Positions 59,126-64,000 of a DNA stretch of 64,000 bases are shown piece after piece. The stretch lies in assembly GCA_030390025.1 (NCBI GenBank), contig CM059432.1, positions 20,958,001 to 21,022,000 of the forward strand, written 5' to 3'. Position numbers and translations under genes: made by a program. Source of the DNA: Squalus acanthias (lineage: Eukaryota). The stretch's first letter is position 1. Each line of letters opens with the position of its first letter. Under the pieces are notes generated by a model. That model was not told the DNA's origin and ran no database searches. It saw only the letters and a list, made by a program, of their open reading frames with translations.

Positions 59126-60444
59126 TTGTTTTATATTGTATGGAGATTTATGTTTATAAATAATACTCCTTCTTGTGGTGTTGTCAGTTTTGGATATGAC
59201 AGGAGATTGGAGAAGATATCAGGAGTTGATATGTAGGACCTGATGGAATGGTGCATTGATGTCAAACATAGATCTTCCATTTATTTTATATTAATAATGG
59301 TTATTTGCAATATCGGCCATTTATAAATTTGACCTTGGTACTTTGGCTCCTCTCAATGACCCTGCAGTTTAATTACTATCTAAATCTTCAATAAGAAGCT
59401 TATGTATCTATTAGAACGTTTTACTACATTAACGGTGTTATATAAAGGTAAGTTGTCGTGAACATTTTGCTCTTAAGCTCGAATAAATCTTACAGAATTG
59501 TTGTTGACCATGAGAAGTAATATTGCTCTTAATCGAGTTGATCTTAAATGGGATCCACTGAATAACATGTTGTACCTGTGCACTGAGCTGCTACACATCA
59601 ATTAGTTATATTGCCCACTGATGAACATGAGTAGAAAACTGGCAAAAGGGTGTCATCAAGTAACAGAAGAGAGACTGCAGACATTGCAAACTGTATCCGA
59701 GCCTGTATGTCGCCTGCATTAAATGTGTGAAAAAGGTTTGGTGAAAAATGAACTCAAGTGTAATAAAAAGACGAAATATTGACTGCATTTTTCAGGCTGT
59801 AAGAACTCTTCCAATTGCTTGCTGTTAAATGTACTGCTTGGTGTGGAACTTAGCCATCCAGTCCAGAAGGCCTCAGACATAAAACTCAGGCTGTGCTGGC
59901 TTAACAAACATTAGCTTGTCTCAGTGTCTCTTGCATGAAGAGGGGGGATATTAGCCAGGGCTCTCATCCCTGGTCACTATATAATGATGCCAACTAGAAA
60001 GTGTGCATGTCTCGACATAGGGCAACAACAGAATCAAGCTTAGCAATGGTGCCACCTGTAGCACAGTCGTCAGCCTATGCTTACTATCCAAGCTCAATAG
60101 GGAAAAGTCATGAAAAGCGGCTAGCACTTGTGGAACTGCACCTCATCATAAGTCAGAACATTCAGGGGAGGGGAGGAGAAAACTGGAGGAAGAAAAAAAA
60201 GTCCAAGAGTATAATGTGCCAATTGAAATTTCCAGGCTGTAAGTAAACACTTTGAAACCCCCAAGGCAATAGTTTTGTCCCATATTCCTCAACCAAAATC
60301 AATGTTCAGATGATGCATTTCCAGGGACAGAGAACACAATCCACACATTTGCACTTACTTATGACTGCAAAAAGTGAAACTCATGGGCCATCATCATTTT
60401 ATTTGTGAAAAGGCCACTCTTAGTAATACTCCCAACAATTATTA

Positions 60445-61020
60445 TTTTTTTATTCGTTCATGGGATGTGGGCGTCACTGGCAAGGCCAGCATTTATTGCC
60501 CATCCCGAGTTGCCCTTGAGAAGGTGGTGGTGAGCCGCCTTCTTGAACCACTGCAGTCCGTGTGGTGAAAGTACTCCCACAGTGCTGTGAGGGAGGGAGC
60601 TCCAGGATTTTGACCCAGCGACAATGAAGGAACGGCGATATACTTCCAAGTCAAGATGGTGTGTGACTTAAAGGGGAACTTGGAGGTGATGGTGTTCCCA
60701 TGCACCTGCCGCCCTTGTCTTTCTAGGTGGAAGAGGTCACGGGTTTTGGAGGTGCTGCCGAAGAAGCCTCGGCGAGTTGCTGCAGTGCATCTTGTAGATG
60801 GTACACACTGCAGCAACGGAACGCTGGTGGTGGAGGGAGTGAATGTTTAAGGTGGTGGATGGGGTGCCAATCAAGCCAGCTACTTTGTCTTGGATGGTGT
60901 CGAACTTCTTGAGTGTTATTGGAGCTGCACTCATCCAGGCAAGTGGAGAGTATTCCATTACACTCCTGGCTTGTGCCTTGTAGATGGTGGAAAGGCTTTG
61001 GGGAGTCAGGAGGTGAGACA
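60445..61020 (-). mobile_element. 5'-truncated LINE of a divergent CR1-group clade
   Basis: IYKAQARSVMEYSPLAW..FDTIQDK..SLHHQRSVAA ORF2 C-terminus, 3' UTR and A-rich tail. Exact clade not assignable by eye. Confidence 0.8.
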
Positions 61021-62079
61021 CTCCCCAATTATTACAGATTAAGGGTCTCTGGTCTGTGTCTGCAACTCCCAACCATTAAGCTCTGGGCAGTTACTGAGTG
61101 GGAGGCAAACACTTTTCCAAAGGAAGAGAGTAAAAACCATGTGTAGAACCAGTAATTTTATTTCAGAATTGCCCTTTCACTTAAGATATAAATGGTGCAA
61201 TGGCTGTCTCCCAATAAGATTCTCTTTGCTTCTTTTACTGGAGAGCAAGAAAAGAAAGAACATAGCTGAGCAAAACAGGATTTATTTTTTTTAGAATGCA
61301 TTTATTCCCTTCTAACTGTGTCTAAACTGTGATTTTTATTGTGGCTCAGAAATCTTCACTGGTATAACAGGTCAAATCAGGGTCTTGGGTCTATGTGGTG
61401 GAGGAGTTGGCTCGGACTGTAGAGTGCACTTCAGTGTATTTTTATTCTCCATTGCATTTGCAAATCCTGCTTCATGCAGTAGCATAAAATGAAGTCATTT
61501 CATGGTTCATTTGAAATGAACCATGTTAGCTTTCTTCTAATAGTGCACTTTCATACTGGGGTAGGTTGTGAATTGCACTTGCTTGAAGACCCTTTTGCAG
61601 TTTTTATTTATATATGTATGTGTGGATGTATGTGTGAAATATAACGGGGTAAATGATTGACATTTAAAATAAAATGACAGCATAGCAATTATTTACCAAA
61701 ATTACCATAATGATTTTCTTTTTGGAACTGTAATTGACTTATTTCATTGATTTATTATTTATTTATGTAAATTTTCCCCTCGATTGATCGTGCACTAAAT
61801 GAATGACACACAGCACAGTGGGGAACAGCTTCATTGTTATTTCACAGCTTTGCCTTATTTGATTACAAGGTTATTTGAAGTGGTATTTCTTCATTTATAG
61901 AATTCATATTCCATTATTTGCTTGACTAAATTCAGCATGGGGTGGGGGGAGGGGCTTTGAAGGGGCAAGTGTTAAATGTATACTCATTTGTCACTTCTTT
62001 TTAATATTGTGGGATTGTATTTATAGTAGCAGTGTTATTTAAGGTTAATGAGAATTTTGTTCCTCTCTCACCTCACTTA

Positions 62080-62435
62080 AACGGGATATCATCACCAGCC
62101 CTTGCTCAAGTGGCCATTTCTGATGTTTGAACTGAGATAGTTAATATCAGTGGGCTATTCAATCATAGGGGGCATGGTGACTGACCCTGACCCAGTTCTC
62201 TCACAACAATCACGTACACACATTTTTATGCAGGGATCATGGAGTAACCATCAAGGTGGGAATCCTAGCTGCATTTTTTTTCTCCTTCCCTTGGGGAGCA
62301 AGGACAACTATGGCACCCTAACTTCTGCCCTGACAGATATAACTCAACACAAAACTGTGTCGGTGGACCAGGGACATATTGCTACTGTATGGCTAAGCAT
62401 CACACCACAAAGTATATTTACCCACTAAGCCATTG
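62080..62435 (-). mobile_element. Old tRNA-derived SINE
   Basis: Minus strand starts TGGCTTAGTGGGTAAAT; body related to 18530-18830. Confidence 0.5.
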
Positions 62436-62982
62436 GACTTTAATGACATAAATATTTTTAGCTAAAGTGGGTTTTTTCCACCCATTTTTCTTTCCTGACT
62501 ATAAATCTTCCTTTGCCACATATTATTCAATTGACAGAAAAGCCAAGGGGAGTTTAACTGTCCCCAGGTTTCTATAGATGCTGACGTTAGTTGGCTATGA
62601 TAGGGTGTATGAGGTGTGCCTCTGGTGTTGACCTCTTACTGGCCATTGCTTAGCATGCCCCCAAAGGTATGGCTGAGATTTGGAACTTACGATGTGAGGA
62701 ATCTGTGGATGTGAATCTTTATCTTATGTCGTAATACATCTAACAAGCTCTTCACTTGTAGCCTTCGGAATGCTTGCTGCTAGATGTGCCTCTGGCTCTC
62801 CATTCCTGGCCTGTCTGACTGTGGGATGTTGACTTAGCTGAATTCAAAGTTGTTATTTTCTTGCTCTTAAGCAAAAGAAAGCAAAGCAATGTTGTTCGGG
62901 GGCAGGTTTATCCCAGCATCCAAGTGCCTATTCTCCATGTGTGAGCCTAAGTATTGAATGAATGACAGCTGGGAGGGACAGA

Positions 62983-64000
62983 AAAAGCTTTTATAAATAT
63001 GTGAAGAGAAAAAGATTGGTGAAGTCAAGCGTAGGTCCCTTGCAGTCAGAATCAGGGGAATTTATAATGGGGAACAAAGAAATGGCAGACCAATTAAATA
63101 CATACTTTGGCTCTGTCTTCACAAAGGAGAACACAAATAACCTCCCAGAGATGTCGGGGAACATAGGGTCTAATGAGAGGGAGGAACTGAATGAAATCAG
63201 TATTTGTAGGGAAATGGTGTTAGGGAAATTGATGGCATTAAAGGCCGATACATCCCCAGGGCCTGATAATCTACATCATGGGTACTTAAGGAAGTGGCCC
63301 TAGAAATAGTAGATGCATTGCTGGTCATCTTCCAAAATTCTATAGACTCTGGAACAGTTCCCATGGATTGGAGGGTAGCTAATGTTACCCCACTGTTCAA
63401 AAAAGGTGGTAAAGAAAAAACGGGGAATTATAGACCGGTAAACCTGACATCGGTTGTGGGGAAAAGGCTAGAGTCCATTATAAAAGATGTAATAGCAGAG
63501 CACTTGGAAAACAGTGACAGGATTGGACAAAGTCAACATGGATTTACAAAAGGTAAATCGTGCTTGACTAATCTACTGGAATTTTTTGAGGATGTAACTG
63601 ATAGAATAGATAAGGGAGAACCAGTGGATGTGGTGTATTTGGACTTTCAGAAGGCTTTTGATAAGGTCCCGCATAAGAGATTAGCGTGAAAAGTTAAGGC
63701 ACATGGGATTGGGGGGCAAGGTACTGACTTGGATAGAGAACTGGTTGGCAGACAGGAAGCAAAGAGTTGGAATAAATGGGTCTTTTTCCAAGTGGCAGGC
63801 AGTGACTAGTGGGGTTCCGCAGGGATCGGTCCTAGGACCCCAGCTATTCACTATATATATTAATGATCTAGACGAGGGAACTAGATGTAATATCTTCAAG
63901 TTTGCAGATGACACAAAGCTGGGTGGGCGTGTGTGCTGCGAGGAGGATGCCGAGAAACTCCAGTATGATTTGGACAGGTTGGGTGATTGGGCAGAAGCAT
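62983..64000 (+). mobile_element. 5'-truncated CR1 ORF2, same subfamily as 42750-46883; runs off the window
   Basis: Closely colinear with 45035-46050; frameshifts near 63278 and 63686. Confidence 0.95.

Overview
Eukaryotic, repeat-dominated DNA, most likely an intron or intergenic region of a cartilaginous fish (shark). The taxon is inferred from HE1-like V-SINE, SacSINE1-like DeuSINE and HER1/CR1-type LINE sequences, named from recall. No host protein-coding gene could be recognised, and every long ORF belongs to a retrotransposon or a minisatellite. Main contents: (1) a full-length, decayed Tx1-clade LINE (6621-12425) inserted in the tRNA-derived head of a DeuSINE, which itself sits in a Penelope terminal repeat; (2) a near-complete CR1 (about 42750-46883) with one indel per ORF, plus several 5'-truncated CR1, L2 and RTE copies; (3) about seven Penelope-like fragments whose pseudo-LTR carries a minimal type I hammerhead ribozyme motif on the minus strand (best copy 58478-58514); (4) two 1.75-kb non-autonomous PIF/Harbinger elements with a Myb/SANT remnant, several related MITEs and an older Myb/SANT fossil; (5) a tRNA-Lys(TTT) copy fused directly to a CR1 3' tail; (6) a 48-bp and a ~21-bp minisatellite. 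I found no clear evidence of a wholly new biological system. The best leads are the Penelope hammerheads, possible tRNA/SINE targeting by the Tx1, and the tRNA-Lys/CR1 chimera. Boundaries of degenerate repeats are approximate.
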